From: Lama guanicoe
Taxonomy: Eukaryota
Assembly: GCA_013239625.1 (NCBI GenBank)
Contig: MU054391.1
Coordinates: forward strand, 8,589,095 to 8,653,094
Reading direction: 5' to 3'
Length of the DNA: 64,000 nucleotides
Shown: positions 42,723-57,568 of the stretch, piece by piece
Numbering within the stretch: the first letter of the stretch is position 1
How the letters are laid out: the number at the start of each line of letters is the position of its first letter
Made by a program: the position numbers and the translations under genes
Notes under the pieces: generated by a model
What the model saw: only the letters and a program-made list of their open reading frames with translations
The model's database searches: none
What the model was told of the DNA's origin: nothing

Positions 42723-43272
42723 ACAGTCCTCATTTTGCATGGTTCTGATCTGCATAAATTTAAATTACTGTCTTTTAGTTAGATAACACCAGACTCCCCC
42801 AACTACATGATTCAAATTTCAGTGACTATAAAGAACAGTCACTGGAAATAATTATATAAAGTGGAAACTTCACAGCTATCCCTTGAGTGCGTGAATTGCC
42901 AAGTACGTAACTAGCGATACGTGGTGGAGCCTCCTCGTGATGCTGGGTCGCGCTGTGCATGACCACGGATCACAAGGGTCAGCAAGGTGCATTTCAACAA
43001 TATTGTATCCAGACAACCATTCTGTCTTTTCGCTTTCAGTATATTATTCAATAAACTACATGAGATACTCAAGAATTTGTTCTAAAATAGGCTTTGTGTT
43101 AGTTGATTTTGCCCAACTGTAGGCTAAAAATGTAAGTATTCTGAGCGCAATTAAGACAGGCTAAGCTTAGGCTAGGCTAACCTATGATGTTTGGTAGGTT
43201 AGGCTATAAAATATGCTATATTTTCAACATAGAGTGGATTTATTGGGATGTAACTTTATTAAGGAGGATCCA
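42723..43272 (-). mobile_element. Tigger5/MER47-type non-autonomous DNA transposon
   Basis: GCTTTGTGTTAGTTGATTTTGCCCAACTGTAGGCTAA...GGCTAGGCTAACCTATGATGTTTGGTAGGTTAGG matches recalled MER47 consensus. Confidence 0.8.
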
Positions 43273-43649
43273 TACTTCATGATACAAAAAACAAAGAGAA
43301 TGAAGTGTTCAGAAATGATACAGACTTAGAAAGGGGTATGACAATTTGCCAAGTCATAGAAAACATGCTTATTTACTCTTTTATAAATTATACAACTTGA
43401 AGTCAAAAACATAGCTCAAACTACCTCTGGTAAATTTTTTACAAGCCGAAAACCCCCACTCTAGTTCTCAATGTTGCTAATATTTTAAATTACAGTACAC
43501 TAGGTAAATATTATTTTTTAATTTTTAAAACATTTCCCTATATTTTTTAAGTTGGCAATAAGAGTTTTTACTGTTTTGACAAAGTATTTAAGGTTCATGG
43601 AGCAATCATATTTTACCTTTGGTTATTAAGGTATATTAGTTTGCATGTT

Positions 43650-43785
43650 TATTTTATTTTATTTTTTATTGAAGTACAGTTGGTTTGCAATGTTGTGTCA
43701 ATTTCTGGTGTACAAACTAATGTTTCAGTCGTACATATACATACATATATTCGTTTTCACATTTTGTTTTGTTTTAACTTTTTTG
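43650..43785 (-). mobile_element. Short artiodactyl/camelid L1 3' end
   Basis: TTTTTTATTGAAGTACAGTTGGTTTGCAATGTTGTGTCAATTTCTGGTGTACA with T-rich tail. Confidence 0.75.
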
Positions 43786-43999
43786 CTTTGATGCTATCAC
43801 GAATAGCAAAGATTTTCTGTGAATTTGTTTTTTCTCTTGGTACTGTCCCTCTTCCTCTCTAATGTAAACTCCATTAAAAAAGTTATTGTCATCTTGGAAT
43901 AATGGATTCCAAGATTCTATAGTAGTTCTGGAACATAGTAAATATTTGCAGGATGGGGGGGAGCAGAAATCAATGAATAAATGAGGGAAAGGGAAAAAG

Positions 44000-44790
44000 G
44001 GGACATGTGATAATACAGAATAAGCCTTGCAAAATCTGAATATTACTTTAATGAATGGGAAGTCAATGGAGGAATTTAAGTAGGATATTAACATAATCTG
44101 ATTTATATTTAAAGAGATAACTTCAGCTTCTTTTTAGATAATTAAGGAAATGTGGCCTACCACGGAAAAAAAAGAGAACAGTTAAAAGGTTAGTGCAGTG
44201 GTCCATGAGAGATGATGGTGACTTGATTTACCATGGTAATAGTGCAGAATGGAAATAAAAATTAATGAATATGAGATTCTTGTTGCAAAGTTCAGGAGTC
44301 TTGCCTACAGATTGGATGTGGAAATTAAATGAAAAGAGGGATCAAGGGTAACTCCTAGATTTCTGATTGACATAACTAAATAGACATTGACCCATTGAAC
44401 AAAATGGCAGAATCTGGGGGGAACACAAGATTAAAGGTTAGCGAAGTGGATAAAAATGTCAAATTTATTTATGTGAAGTTTAAAATATATTTAAGATACT
44501 CGAGAGGAGGTAGCTAAAATCTTAGATATGTTCTGGACCTCAGGGTAGAAGTCTGATTTATGGCACTAATTCAAGTGCACATAGCACAGTATTGAAAATT
44601 ACAGGAACGGATGCTGCCGTCTCAGAAGAGAAGGCTCATACTGAGCTCTGTGGCTCTTCAATAATTGCAAGGTGGGTAGAGAAGTAACAAAAAAAAGTTT
44701 GCTGAGTTAAAAAGCAGTATCACAAAACCAAACCAAGATATATTTTTCAAGAAAGATATGGTTAACTTAGTCAAATTTGGTTAATGATTG
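44000..44790 (-). mobile_element. L2 LINE fragment
   Basis: AATGGGAAGTCAATGGAGGAATTTAAG...ATCTGATTTATATTT...GATTGGATGTGG...GAGGGATCAAGGGTAACTCCTAGATTTCTG. Confidence 0.75.
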
Positions 44791-44799
44791 AGTTGATTT

Positions 44800-45760
44800 T
44801 TAGTCTACCATCTTCCTATTTGTTTTGTTCATACTGTGTGTACTTTGCCCCTTTATTCTTCTAGCCCTGCCTTGTTTTGTACTAATTATTTTTACTTTAG
44901 GGTAGAATTCGACTTACAGGAAAAATTGTGATGGTTGTACAAAGTTTCAGCATCCTTCATATTCATTTCCCCTATTATTAAACATCTTCCTTTCATATAT
45001 TTGTTTCAATTAAGAAACTAGTATTAACATATTATTATTAACTAAAATCTGTACTTTATTCTGATTTCCTTAGTTTTTGCTTAATATCCTTTTTTCTTCT
45101 CTTACGGGATTCTATCCAAAATACCACACTGTTTTTACTCATCACCTCCTTAGGTTCTTCTTGTCTGTAGCAGTTCCCCAGATTTCCTTGTTTTCAAAAA
45201 ACTTGACAGCTTTGAGGCACCACAAAATGCTCCAGGATGACCTTTTATATGTCCTGTCCTAGTCATAGATCAATCATTTCTCCAAGGAACCCTGATTCCT
45301 TCTATTGGAGAACAGCTTTAGAAAGCAAGCCTACTGTAGTTCTATGGAAAGCCTTGAAATACAGTAGTGTGACTCTCCCAGCTGTGTTGTCCTTCCTCAG
45401 TACTGTGTTGCATATTCTAGGTCTTTTGCCTTTCTATGTAAGCTTTAGATTCAGTCTGTTGATAACTACAAAATAAATTGGATTTTAATTGGAATTGTAA
45501 TCAATAAATAGATCAAGTTGGGGGAGGAGAATGAAGTCTAAACAGTGCTGTCTTCTAATCCATGAACATGGGGAATCTATCCATTTATTTTGCTCTTTGA
45601 TTTCTTGCGTATGAGTAATTTTTTTTGGAGATAGATTCTATACATAGTATTTCCTTATTTTGGGTTCTACTGTAGGTGATATTTTAAAAATTATTTCATA
45701 AACCAATTATTCATTGCCTTGTTCCTGATCTTAGGGGAAAAAACATCTTCCATCTGAAAA
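44800..45760 (-). mobile_element. Old L1 fragments
   Basis: ATCAATCATTTCTCCAAGGAACCCTGATTCC; GTCTTCTAATCCATGAACATGG; TTGTTCCTGATCTTAGGGGAAAA. Confidence 0.65.
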
Positions 45761-47145
45761 TGTTTATTGAATTATATATTTCCTTATTCATATTCATTCA
45801 ATAAAACATCATCAAAGATCTATAATACTAATATAAGACAAAGATCTAAAATACTGTCAGAGATCTATATTTATTGATATAGAAAGTGGGTCATAATAAA
45901 TATTCAGTTAAAATGATAACCTTTTAATAAGATTTTATTTTGCAAAATTTATACACATATGCATTTGGAAGAACGTCAAAAAATTCCAACATATTAATAA
46001 ATGACATTTTCAAGTGGGATATAGGTGTTAGTTTCCTTTGAGCTTTGCTATAAATTCCAATTATTCTTCACTGAACAAGGATTACTATACAACACAAAAA
46101 AAGCAATAAGAAAATTCGTATAAATTAGAATCAATTAAAACGACTTGTGTCACAACCCTGAGAAACTTCCCTGTCAGTCATCCTGAATCTGACAATCTAT
46201 TCTAGAAATGTACCACCAGACCATAACATACAGGTGAGGAGAAGTCCTGCCATGATGATAAAAGCTCCAACCTTGACAGCAGAGAATTTAGTTTGATTCC
46301 TTGTGGCAACAATTGCAGCTCTCTGACACTGCCCAACTTACTAAACTTGACGAATCCTTACTTTGGATCTGAAGATACGCTTGGATTCTTATAGGGTGAA
46401 TTCTTCACACAAAGGTACAGTCAGATGTGCCATGAAAAACCTTAGGCACGAAGTGGATCCCAGGAACCACTGATGTAGTGAGTATTGATGCTGTGAGATG
46501 CCCAGGCAAAAGCTGGCCAACTTTACTGACACCAAATACATTCCAGCCTAGCATATTGCCTGAAATAAGGCACTTTGTCTCTACCTTGTTTGTTTGCAAA
46601 TAAAAAATTAATTACTGCCAGTCAAATAGACACACTCATACAGAAGCACATATAAACATCCTTTAAAACCTAATACTTGCCACTTGTTCTGTAAATATTT
46701 GTTTGAATTTCAGAGTAGTTATTTTTACCAGGATGATAAAAAACATAAAAATCCATTCTGTTTATGTGTAATTCTCTAAATTGTGGCAAACATGTATAGT
46801 TATGAAAATACCACCATAAATAAGAAATAGAGTATTTTTTTCACTACCCCCAAAACTTTCCTTATGTCTTTTATGGTCAATTGTCCCATCAACCCTCAAC
46901 CCGTGAGTATAACTAAACAGATTTTTGTCCCAATAGTTATGCCTTTTTCCAGAATTTCATGACATTAAACCACGCAATTCATCTGCCTATGTTTCTGGCT
47001 TCTTTCACTTAGCATATAGGTTTTTTAAAATCAATATTGTGCATAGATCCATAGTCAAACCCTTTTCATTGCTGGTTAGTATTTCATTGTATGAACACAG
47101 TGTGTTAATCTTTTCAAACTAAGATAGATATGGGGGTTGTTCCCA

Positions 47146-47182
47146 GTGTGTGTGTGTGTGTATGTGTGTGTGTGTGTGTGTG
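47146..47182. repeat. (TG)n microsatellite
   Basis: Seen directly in the sequence. Confidence 0.95.
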
Positions 47183-47894
47183 AATAAATCTACTCTGAGT
47201 ATTTGAGTGCACATCTTTTTATGGACATACACGTTTATTTCTCCTGGGTAAATGTCTACGAGTGGGAGTACTGAGTCTTTGTATACGTTTAACCTGATAA
47301 GAAAATACCAAACGTCTTCCCAAAGCACCTGTACTAAGTAGCATTCTGAGTACTGACGTATGGAAGTTCCAGTTGCTCTGCATTCTTGTCAGGGGTCCAT
47401 CAGAAGGCAGCCTATCCCATGGCACATGGTCTTTTCTTGATCACATTAGGACTCTTCAGTAGAAATTGGCCTTCCTCTTCTTATATGACATTAAAAGTAA
47501 TAATACAGAAAAAGGTACAGTATTGTCAGTGTTTTATCTATTCAGTAGCTGCAATCTTCTGTTGCACATGGTTAAATTTGCCTTTCCCTGACTAATGATC
47601 TTACACAGATTTTCCTGTGCTTATACAAAATCTGTATCTTTATGTGGTCACTTGCTTGTTTATAAATATATTTCCATTTTTAGGGTGCTATCTTATTATT
47701 GTTTAGTTTTGACAACTTTTCATTTATTTTTGTATCCAATTATTTCGTCAAATACAATGTATTTTGTATTTTTCAGTCTATAGTTTTTTTCTTGTTTTTA
47801 ACACTTTTTAGAAGAAGAGAAGTTATAAAACATACAACCTGGTTTCTTCTTTTTCAAAATTGTCTTGTCTATTCTAGGTCTTTTTCATTTCCTT

Positions 47895-48388
47895 ATTCCA
47901 TTTTTTTTTTTTTTTGGAGCTGCCATAACACCATATCACAAACTCAGTGGCTTAAAACAACAGAAACAGTTCTGGAGGCCAGAAGTCTCCAATCAGTATC
48001 ACTGGCCAAAATCAAGGTGTTTCCAGAGCTGTACTTCTTCCAGGAGCTCTAGGGGAGATCCCATTCCTTTCCTCTTCCAGCTTCCAGTGGCTGCTCTGGC
48101 TTGTGTCTGCATCGTTCCCATCTTCAAGGCCAGCATCGCCAAGTATCTCTGATCTATCTTCACATTGCCTTGTCTTCTGTGTGTCTGTGTCAAGTGTCTA
48201 TCTGTTCCCACTTACAAGGACACTTGTGACTGCATTTGGGACCACTTGAATAATCCAGGATAATCTCTCCACCTCAAGATCCTTAATCACATCTGCAAGG
48301 ATCTCCCCCACCGTATAAGGTATCATCCTTAGGTTCCAGAAAATAGAATATGGATATTTTGGGGATAGCATTTTTCAGCCTACCACAC
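47895..48388 (-). mobile_element. MLT1C/D-type MaLR LTR nested in L1
   Basis: GCTGCCATAACA...GTGGCTTAAAACAACAGAAA...CAGTTCTGGAGGCCAGAAGTC...ATAATCCAGGATAATCTC...TTCAGCCTACCACA. Confidence 0.9.
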
Positions 48389-51300
48389 ATACATTTTAGA
48401 ATCAACTCACCTATGCCTACAAAAATGTCTTGATTGTTTTTACATTACATTTATAGATCAGTTTGGGGAGAAATTACACTTTTGCTATGTTGAACCTTCC
48501 AATCTGTGAACACCGTATGTCTTCATTTACTTAAGTCTTCTTTGATTTCTTCTATCAGTGCTTTGTAGCTTTCAGAATACAGATTCTGTATATATATATA
48601 TTATTTAAGTTTTTATTTAAATATGTTTTTGAATTCATGAAATAAACCTTGGATTCTAATTCAAATATGATATTTACTAACTTAAAGAATAGTTATGCAT
48701 TTACCTAGAATATTATAATATGTTTTAGTATGAAATCATATGACTCTCTTGGTCTTATGGAGGGAATAATGTTAAGTTATATTGGGCAATGTTGTATTTT
48801 TTATTATTATAGCAATATAATTTAGTAGGGTTTTATATAGACTTCAGTAAGTTTCAACAACTTTTGCAGCCATGACTTTTGCATTGTTTGCCTAGCCAAA
48901 GAAGATTAAGTCATGTTTGATCTTTGTTTAGGAAACAGTTCAGTTCCTTTCCATAAAGTAACTTCTTACTCTTCCTCTTTGGATTACTGCCTTTAAATTA
49001 AATTCTATATTTAAGGTTAAAACATTTTCTGCCCATACAATACATCTACAACTTACAGCACATTGGTGTGCTTTTATATTTTATTTTCCTCTAAATAGCA
49101 TATTCCTAGCTTAGGGTCTAGTACTATGTTTGACAAAGTTGAAATGAGAGCATTAGAAGTTTGAATTTAGTAAGGTATGAGACCCTTAGGGGCTTTCCAA
49201 TGCATTCTTAAAAAACTAATCCTACACAGCATTGAATTACTCCAGTGCCCTTGAAGATGTGTATGTTCTGTATTTCAAGTGATCTAATTTATGGTTCTTG
49301 TTTATATATAAAAGTAGGGAACATTTCAATGCTTTTGTAAGTATTCTGGATGGCTTAATGCCATCTTATTTCTCCCTAGTGTACATTTCCCTCCTAGACT
49401 TAATTTCTTTAAGAATATTTTATAATTTACAGTATTTAATTGTGCATTTAGATAAAAATCAACAGGGTACTTACTAACTGAAATACTTTCCTCAAATAAA
49501 TAATCATAATATACAATTTGATTTTGATTAACCTCTATATGAATTTCACATTTCAGAATTTATTGTTTACAATACTATGTGATGAGATCACAAATAATAT
49601 AAATTAAATAATGTCTAGGCCAGCAGAATGCTACCTCAACCTACATAATAGCCTTCTTAAGTTTAACATAGCATGGCTGAAGTCCTCATATTCTTACTTT
49701 CTGAAAATAAATAAATATGTCTTTGAAGTAACATGCTATTTTTTCTACAATACTATATGTTTGGGATGTGTAAGATTCTCAGCTTTCATATTGTGTTATG
49801 TATCTGTGTTTCCTAGATTCTTTTACTTGCAGTTTTGAAGAAGCTCTCATAAATCATGCTCATGAAAGCTAGATTGATATTTTTAATAAAGTTAAAAATT
49901 ACAATCAATTTCCTCTTCTAGTCTCTCTCATGAAATTTGGAGAATTTTAAAAAACTGTTCAAGGATAAAACCAGCAACCCTTTAAAACATGAGAGCCATA
50001 TTGAAATAGGAGTTTTATTCTCTTAGAATGACTTTAAACATGCTCCCACTTGAATTCACCCAGACCAAAGGGTTTTGTAACAGAGACATTGTGCAGTTGT
50101 CTGAAATAGTCAGTTGTCACTTTCAGGGCACCTCTTCTAGTACAGGATTAACAAGGGAAAAAATTCAGTGTTTCATTTTTCTGACAGATTGATACAATTT
50201 TTTTTTCTGAATGTGCAATATGGAAATGTGTTCTCATAAAAGCATAGTTTGAAGATTGGCCAAGATGGCATGTATTACTGAAGGATGGATACTCTGAGAC
50301 ACCAGGTACTGGGCAAAGGGCAGGAAATTAAGAGATAATGAGATTGCACCAGTGGAAGTTATAGCAATGCCATGGAACACTTTAATGTGTATTCTCACCC
50401 TGAGAGTTGAGGACCATCTGGCAGGCTATCAGACCTCCTCTTGGCCTATGACTGTGCTGGGAGAAAAGGTGAAAGAGTTTGAGGATTCACATTTCAGCTC
50501 CCAGGCCAGTAAGACTAAGACAAAATTCTAACTGCAGGAGCAAGCGCCGTGACGAGGTGTCATGATGAAGCACTTAGGAAGTCAGAGTAATAGTCATGAA
50601 GGCATAAGCACATGGCATTAGCTAATTTCTTCTTTGAAAGAACTCTCCCTTGGGATTTTAATTGAGAACCTAGTTTAACATTTTCCATTTTGGTATTTTT
50701 AAGTTGTGTTTAATTTTCCTGAAATTAAGAGCAGAAAAAATATCCAGAGCTGGGGAAGAGGGCATGGTGTAACTGAGAGGGGGTGATGAAAAGTGACAAG
50801 GGCAAAGGAGCTGGAGGAGGTGGGGGGGAGGCTGTGCAGAAATCGTGGAAGAGATTTAGCCATGGAGTCCAGGCTAAAGATGGGAAAGATATGCAATTAT
50901 TAGAACCTGGTTAGGCTTTTGTCCTCCAAGAAATACAGGAGATTGCCATCCACATTCATTAGTTCAGCTCATCACAAGATGACAAGTCCAGCCCTCAGCC
51001 TAATTATGTTTACCTGCAAGTGTGTAGGTGGTAAGGCTACTGAGATTGTTTGAATGGAATGGAGAAGTTGTAAAGGTCATTAGGGCTCAGGAGATCACAC
51101 AGTTGAAAGAAAGTTTCTGCAAGGATTCACAGATTATACTGTTAGAATAACTCAGATTGATAGTGGAGTTTAACAATTGAAGAAGGCCATGTTTGTCTAA
51201 TGAATTAATTAAATATCAATCCTTACCAATAAGTCATTCTGGCTTTTTCATAAATACCTTTCCTTACGTAGTAGCCATGACTGTCCAAGCAAATCATTTC

Positions 51301-52146
51301 CAGTTTTTAATTGTTCTGAATGTTGGAGAGCTCTTCAACATATTAAGATGGAAGTTGATTGCTGGAAATGTTTTTTTCTTGTCTATAATTATTACCATAC
51401 TCATTTATTTAAAAAAAATTAGGCAACTGTGTTCAATTATTGCACATATATGTGCAAACAGATAGCTTCTAAAAAGAGGGAGGTCCTAGCATAAGAAAGT
51501 AAAAACCTCTTTCTTGGGGGAAGTAGGAGGGAAATGACCCTTCCCCCAGCTCCTGACCCCTAATTAAATGACATCCCCCTAACAAATATTTTTGTTTCCA
51601 AACTTGATTTAACCACATGGAATCAAGAGCAGACAGTAGCTGAAGGAAGAACTGCATTTTTATTAGCTCTTTCCTGGTGTGAGATCTGGGAACATATTTG
51701 GGAGCAATCTGTGTTACAGGCAAAAGATCAAGTTATAAATGAAATAATCTGAATTATGTGCTTAAGGGTTAAATTGAGCCTATATCCCCGAGAGCTTCTC
51801 TGTACACACTTTATGCTTTTTCTCTCGCCGAATCTGGGGGATTGTAAGTAATGAAGCCACACAACTACACTGTTTTGCTTTCTGTATACTTGGGAACTGC
51901 AGTCTTTAACTAGGAACTCACAGAAGCATATTCTTCCAGTTGCCAGGATAAACTGGATTTAGACTTGAAATATTTTACCTCTTTGCTATTTAAAAGTTTC
52001 TCCATGTGCTTTAATTGCCTAGAGAGTTGGGATCACACACAGAAGGTAATAATAATGGAAAATGAAGCCAACAAGTATTTTGCAGGATCTGATTATGTGG
52101 AGCAAAGGTGTCAATGATTGGACAAACCTGTCACCAACCATGCCTG

Positions 52147-52865
52147 TGTCAAAGGTAAACAAAGCGAGTTAAGTGATAAAGACAGAGTTTAATCGGTAAT
52201 ACCATATTGCAATAGGGAAAAGAGTCCAGCATAAATTGAATTGAGTTGGGATCTGTAATGAGATGACTGAGCATTTTAAAAGGAGCATGAAGGAATAGGG
52301 AAAGGTGCCGAGGGGCTCAGTAAGTGAGAACTTAGAGAGCTGATCAGTATAAATGCAAGTCAGCCAACTGCATCCGTTCACTGGTGATGATGGACGTTAG
52401 GGTTCTGTTCTCCCCCAGAGACTGGGAGACAGAGGTCCTTTCCTTCCTGATGATCACATTTCAAAGGAGACACTTTTCCGGTCACTCTTGAGTTGTAGGA
52501 GATGCAACTCAAAGAGCCAGAGGAAAGATTCACAATTTTAAGCCCTTTTTAGTAAATGTTGTAAGAAAGAAAGGTTAGGAGCCTATGGTCAGGGCTGGGC
52601 TGGAACAAACGGTAAATTCTTTGGCAGCCTTGAGCTTTCTCAGGCAGGTACTTTAAGGTGGAGGTAGCATCATCCTAGGGGATGCAGCCTTGAGCTGTTA
52701 GATGCTATGTTAGCATTTAAGTCTTTGAATGTGAGTAAAACGGGGGCACTAGGTGAAATCATTTTTTTTTCTGAGAGTAGTTTTTATGGGTCAAGTTGAG
52801 TCCTATTCAAAAAGAGGGCTCACGGGAACTTGGCTAGAGTTTGGTTAAGGAGAGGACCTTTGTTA
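52147..52865 (-). mobile_element. ERV1-class solo LTR (MER31/MER67-like)
   Basis: TGTCAAAG...ATTGCAATAGGGAAAAGAG at one end and AAGAGGGCTC...GAGTTTGGTTAAGGAGAGGACCTTTGTTA at the other; imperfect 4-bp TSD CCTG/CCTT. Confidence 0.75.
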
Positions 52866-54320
52866 CCTTGCACACAGTGAATACACAGAAAATGCCAAAT
52901 GGCATCACTATTATCTGATTGACTGTCTTCTGTAATTTTATGACTTAGTTGTTAATCTTTTGCATGAAACAGCTGAACGTGGGTAGATTATTTTAGGTCA
53001 CAAATCTAAACAACTTTCCACTAAAACAGAAGAGAAGAACTAGTTAGACGGAAATTCACCATGCCTGGTCCACATGCTTATCACAGCATCACCAGGTATC
53101 TTGAGACAGTTTCAGACTGGTCTCCCTGCTACCAGTATTGTTACTAATGATACCATATTTGCCTTTCTAGTAAAAAGTTTGACTTTTCACCCCCCTATGC
53201 AAATTAAACACACGTGTGTACATGCACACAGAAACACACACACTCACAGTCCTCAGGTTAGCACTAGTGTCCTTTCATGAATATATATTCCTACCTTAAT
53301 TCCCAGCATCTTATTTTGCCTCGTGTCCTCCTGCACTCATTTATCACCACTCTTTGAATAGCATTTGGTCCGAACAGATTTCCTTAGCCATCAGTTACCC
53401 ACACCCTGATCAAATAAACTCTCCCGTTGTTTAAGATCTTCCTGTGGGTGACCTCCTACTTTAAGTCTTTCTTGACTCCCAGATTAAACATCCTATAGGT
53501 CTGCACTTTAAAAAATGTTCTGTGAATAATCTATGGTATTTGACAAATTAAACTTGGATGTTTATGTATCTATTTCTTTCAACAATGTCTGAGTAACTAG
53601 AAAGGCAAAGGTTCATTTATTCCTCAATTTCATGGATTAGCAAGGGCTTCAATACAGAGTAAACACTCAATATATGGTAAATAAATAAATGGATATATTT
53701 TAAATGGAATAGTAAGAGCATAAAATTTACAGAACTTCACTGAATGCTTATGCAGTGTGAATCTGTGAGCTGGACACTACAGCTGCAGATACAAATGGGG
53801 AAGGTAACTGAAGCATTTATGTAGGTGTTTGAGTGGATTTCTAAAATTTTATTTAAAGTAATATGTTCCCAACTGAACTTGAACCTGGGTAGATTTGTGC
53901 TCTATTATTAACTACCTTTTCTCTAAGGATTGTCATCTAGGGTTTTCTATATGGAAAAGTATAAAAATCACAGAATAGAAAACTATTTGATTTGGTGAGA
54001 AAGTCTCTCCAAGATTCAAGTCCCAAGTTCATCATTTATGTGCAAGTGGAGGTTGTTAACTTTTTCCCCAAATAAGTGCTCCATCATTTAGAGATCTTAA
54101 ATCCATTGTTGAAAGTTAGCACACAAACCAGGGATTCAGAGCTGTAGGAATTAAATTTGGCTTGAGACAAATGTTGGTCTAGTCCCATAAGAAGAGCAAA
54201 TGAATGAAAAGGGACAGAAAGCATCAATGCTGCCATTCAGGGCAGCTGATGTGGACCATCCTCAAGCGTCATTGCTAGACAGTCGTCTTTGTGAAAAGTG
54301 TGCAGAAATGGAGGATCATT

Positions 54321-54346
54321 GCGCGCGTGTGTGTGTGTGTGTGTGA
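54321..54346. repeat. (CG)n(TG)n alternating purine-pyrimidine microsatellite
   Basis: Seen directly in the sequence. Confidence 0.85.
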
Positions 54347-56999
54347 GTGAAAATACCCCAAATACAAAATTACAAATGCCTATCCTAAATCTGTTCAGCA
54401 TAAATAACTTAATTAAGGCAGGTCACTGAACACTCATTCTCTGAGTCTCAGTGACCTGCGAAGGTCTGGACCTAGTGACCTCAGGTAATCCTCTAACTCT
54501 ACAGGAATGCCCTGGTTTGTGCATAATGAAATGTTTAGAGGCTTGGTACTTCCAAGTTATTACTGGAAGTTTTTTGAATGGATATTGCAAATTGTTTCTG
54601 TGATATGGACAGGAACATCTGTGCACTGAGAGACATTCATTTCAGACACTAGTGGTATGACCTTGAGCTGTTATTTTGGTTTCCTGAGCTTCAGTGTCCT
54701 ACTCCAGAAAGTCACTTCCTTTTCTCAAAGGCTATCATCAAAATTATATTATTCTGATATTAAAAACCTAGAAATTAATAAAGCCTCTGGAAGTCAGAAA
54801 TTGAGATGGTACAATGCTCATTGGGATGTTCGAGCTGGGAGCATTCAAACTGCTACTATTGTCATTAGAAATGGATCCTTAAGCCTACGCTCTCCAGCAC
54901 CCAAAACAGGATAATGTGAATAAGTGTTCTTCTCCCCTTCAAAAATATGAACATTCCTTTATCTGTTAAGAACAGTAGAATCATTCACAATGTGGTGTGA
55001 CTCATAAAGGAACACAATCTCTGCTTTGTGTTAAAAGAGGAAATGTGTACCTCTAAAAATGCAAAATGCCACGTGAAGAGAAAATTCCTCCTGAATATTG
55101 CCTGTTATTTTCTCCCAGCTAATTTTAGAGGTGTTACCAATCAAAACCTGCCTCCATTCAAGATGCAGTGATTGTCAGTGTTTGAATCAGATGGCACTGA
55201 TAGAAGTGTGATGTTTGTACCAATAACACATTTAAAAATAATTTGTCCTAAAAATATGCTCTGTAAGTCTTAATTAACAACCAGAGTTCCCAGTTTATAC
55301 ATGAGGTATAAACAGAAGATATATTTTGAAATCTTTATTGCAAGCTGGTATGAAAGTCGAATGTTCAAACAAGGAAGAAGGTTGTGTAAGGCCGTTTTCT
55401 AACTAGACCTCTTGGCTGAAATGGATGTAGACCAGGGGAGCAGTGGGTGACAGATGTGATGTCTTATTACCCGTGACTTCATGACTCCATCAGTGAGTGG
55501 ACCAGATCACACTAACTGGACCATTCTGTGTCTTATGTGATCAGATCAGAAGATGAAGCCCATGCATTGTAATTGGGTTGTTATACCCGAGGAATTTGGA
55601 CCTCAGGGATGACAAAAAACTAAAAGGTAGGAAGAAGGGAATACGCTAGTTCCAAAGTTCTGTAGCACCTAGAGCTTTATAAGCCTGGGAAATCCACATC
55701 CATTTCATGGTATCCTCCACCAGCAGGACTCTATCCCTCCCTGCCTGTTCTCCCACCCTGAAGATGCCAAGCAGGCTGAGTGCCACAGAATCACAGACAC
55801 CTGCGTGGCAGTGGGGAGTGCTACTGGGGATAAAGATCAACAATATCAAGCACTTTTCCCTAGGAAAATGCATCCTTCCCTAATCTCCTCTGTGCTTGTA
55901 TGTGTTCACCTGGTCTCCTTCCCTAGTATGTATTCTGTGTTCTTCTGGAAAGTGGGAGTCAGTTTAATTCTGGGGCTGGCGTGCAGTAGTACACAACAAA
56001 TGCACACAGGAGAATGGATGCAGAGGGAGAGCGATGAGGGAGCCTAAGAGGGAAAAAGAGACAAAGGGAAGAGGAAGAAAGAAATTTAGGAAGGAGATAC
56101 TTTACCTTAATTGTCTTAGGTCACCGTCTATTGAACCCCCAAAATGCTGCCTTTCCAATCTGCTTGTCGTATCAGAGGTGTCCAAAAAATAGCACCTGTT
56201 TCAGCAGATGTTTTTAAAACACTTTGCATATAAATTAGCAGATTTAATTTTAAACTGTGAAGGAATGCTATGAGGTAGGTATTATAAGAAAGGAAAATAT
56301 TATCTTCTTTATTAAAGAAAAAAAAAAAGGAAATCTCTTTGAGTACAACAGTAGACTAATTCCGTTCTGCTAGATTCTACCTGGTTCTCAGGGTTCCATA
56401 CCACCATGCATCCTTCATGGTGCTCACCATGATAGCCCTAGTTCACAGTGCTTTCTTAGGTTGCTGGAAAAAAAAATAAATAACCGCAGGAAATAGGATT
56501 TAGTCCTCATCCAGATACCACTTTAAGCTTTGATTATGTTTTGTGTATGTACCCCCTTTCCATCTAGATAACGAACCCTTGAGTTATATCTGATAAAGAA
56601 AAAGGAATCTAATAGCTATTCTTTGATTGTTGGACCAGAGAAGAGCACATAGCATAGAATTATGAGGAAACATACACTATTTAAATAGATTTAGATTCTT
56701 AACAAGGACCTAGAATCCCAGAAAATGTTAAAGCTTGGTGGGTGTGCTCCTGCCATTCTCTTCACCTTGAGTATATTTCAGTATTTGTGTGTTTCGTCTC
56801 TGCTAATACCAGGAGAGTCACTTCCAGGGGTTCTCCTTTCAACTGTACCTTCTCCTGGCTATCGGCATGTTGTTTCTACCATTGGTCCGCAACATTCACT
56901 TGCTGAAATCACCTCCGTGGTATCCTGGAGATTTGGGAATTGTTCACAGATTCCTTGGTTTGTCATCCATAGAACTTGCCACTCTCAACATTTTTAATC

Positions 57000-57250
57000 T
57001 ACCTTCGTGCTTTTCTGCCTTCTCCCTACGCACTTTTTTTTTTTTCACTTTCAAAACTTTTCCTATTCCTTAAGGTCAAACTCCAGTGCCTCCTGCTTTC
57101 CAAAGACTTCTCGGGACAAATCGTCCCTGTATGTAGTGCTTGGTGCTTTTATCATCCATCATTATTGTTCCCATGTAGGTTAGCACTCTGCCTGGCACAT
57201 CACCAGTGCTCAGTAACTATGCGCAGAGTAAGTGAGTAAATGAACTAACT
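57000..57250 (+). mobile_element. L2 3' end
   Basis: TAGCACTCTGCCTGGCACAT...GTGCTCAGTAACTATG...GAGTAAATGAA. Confidence 0.65.
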
Positions 57251-57568
57251 CATTAATTCATGTGTTAACCAACTAATTAAGCAGTTTCTTCCCTCCTCCA
57301 TGTCTTATTTTCATTTCCTGTGGAACAGTATCTTCAGTTGAAAATACACTCTGAAGCTCTCTTCAGGGATGACATTCTGAGTGTCTACACTGTTAATGAG
57401 ATAATATGGTTAGTGTGGTGTAATGCATTGTTCCCAACCTGCATTATAAATTATAGGTTTACCAAGGTTGAGTAATTTGGGGGAAGGTGGCTCCCCTGCC
57501 AGTGCCTCCTCCAACATGTGCTTTAGCACATGAAATACTAGGTTAGGTCCACAGTAACTAAACGTGTA

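Larger units (their letters stand above)
46830..48620 (-). mobile_element. Old L1 (L1MB/MC-like) 3' remnant with nested (TG)n and MLT1
   Basis: TCTGGCTTCTTTCACTTAGCAT; TTTATGGACATACACGTTTATTTCTCCTGGGTAAAT; TTTATAGATCAGTTTGGGGAGAA. Confidence 0.8.
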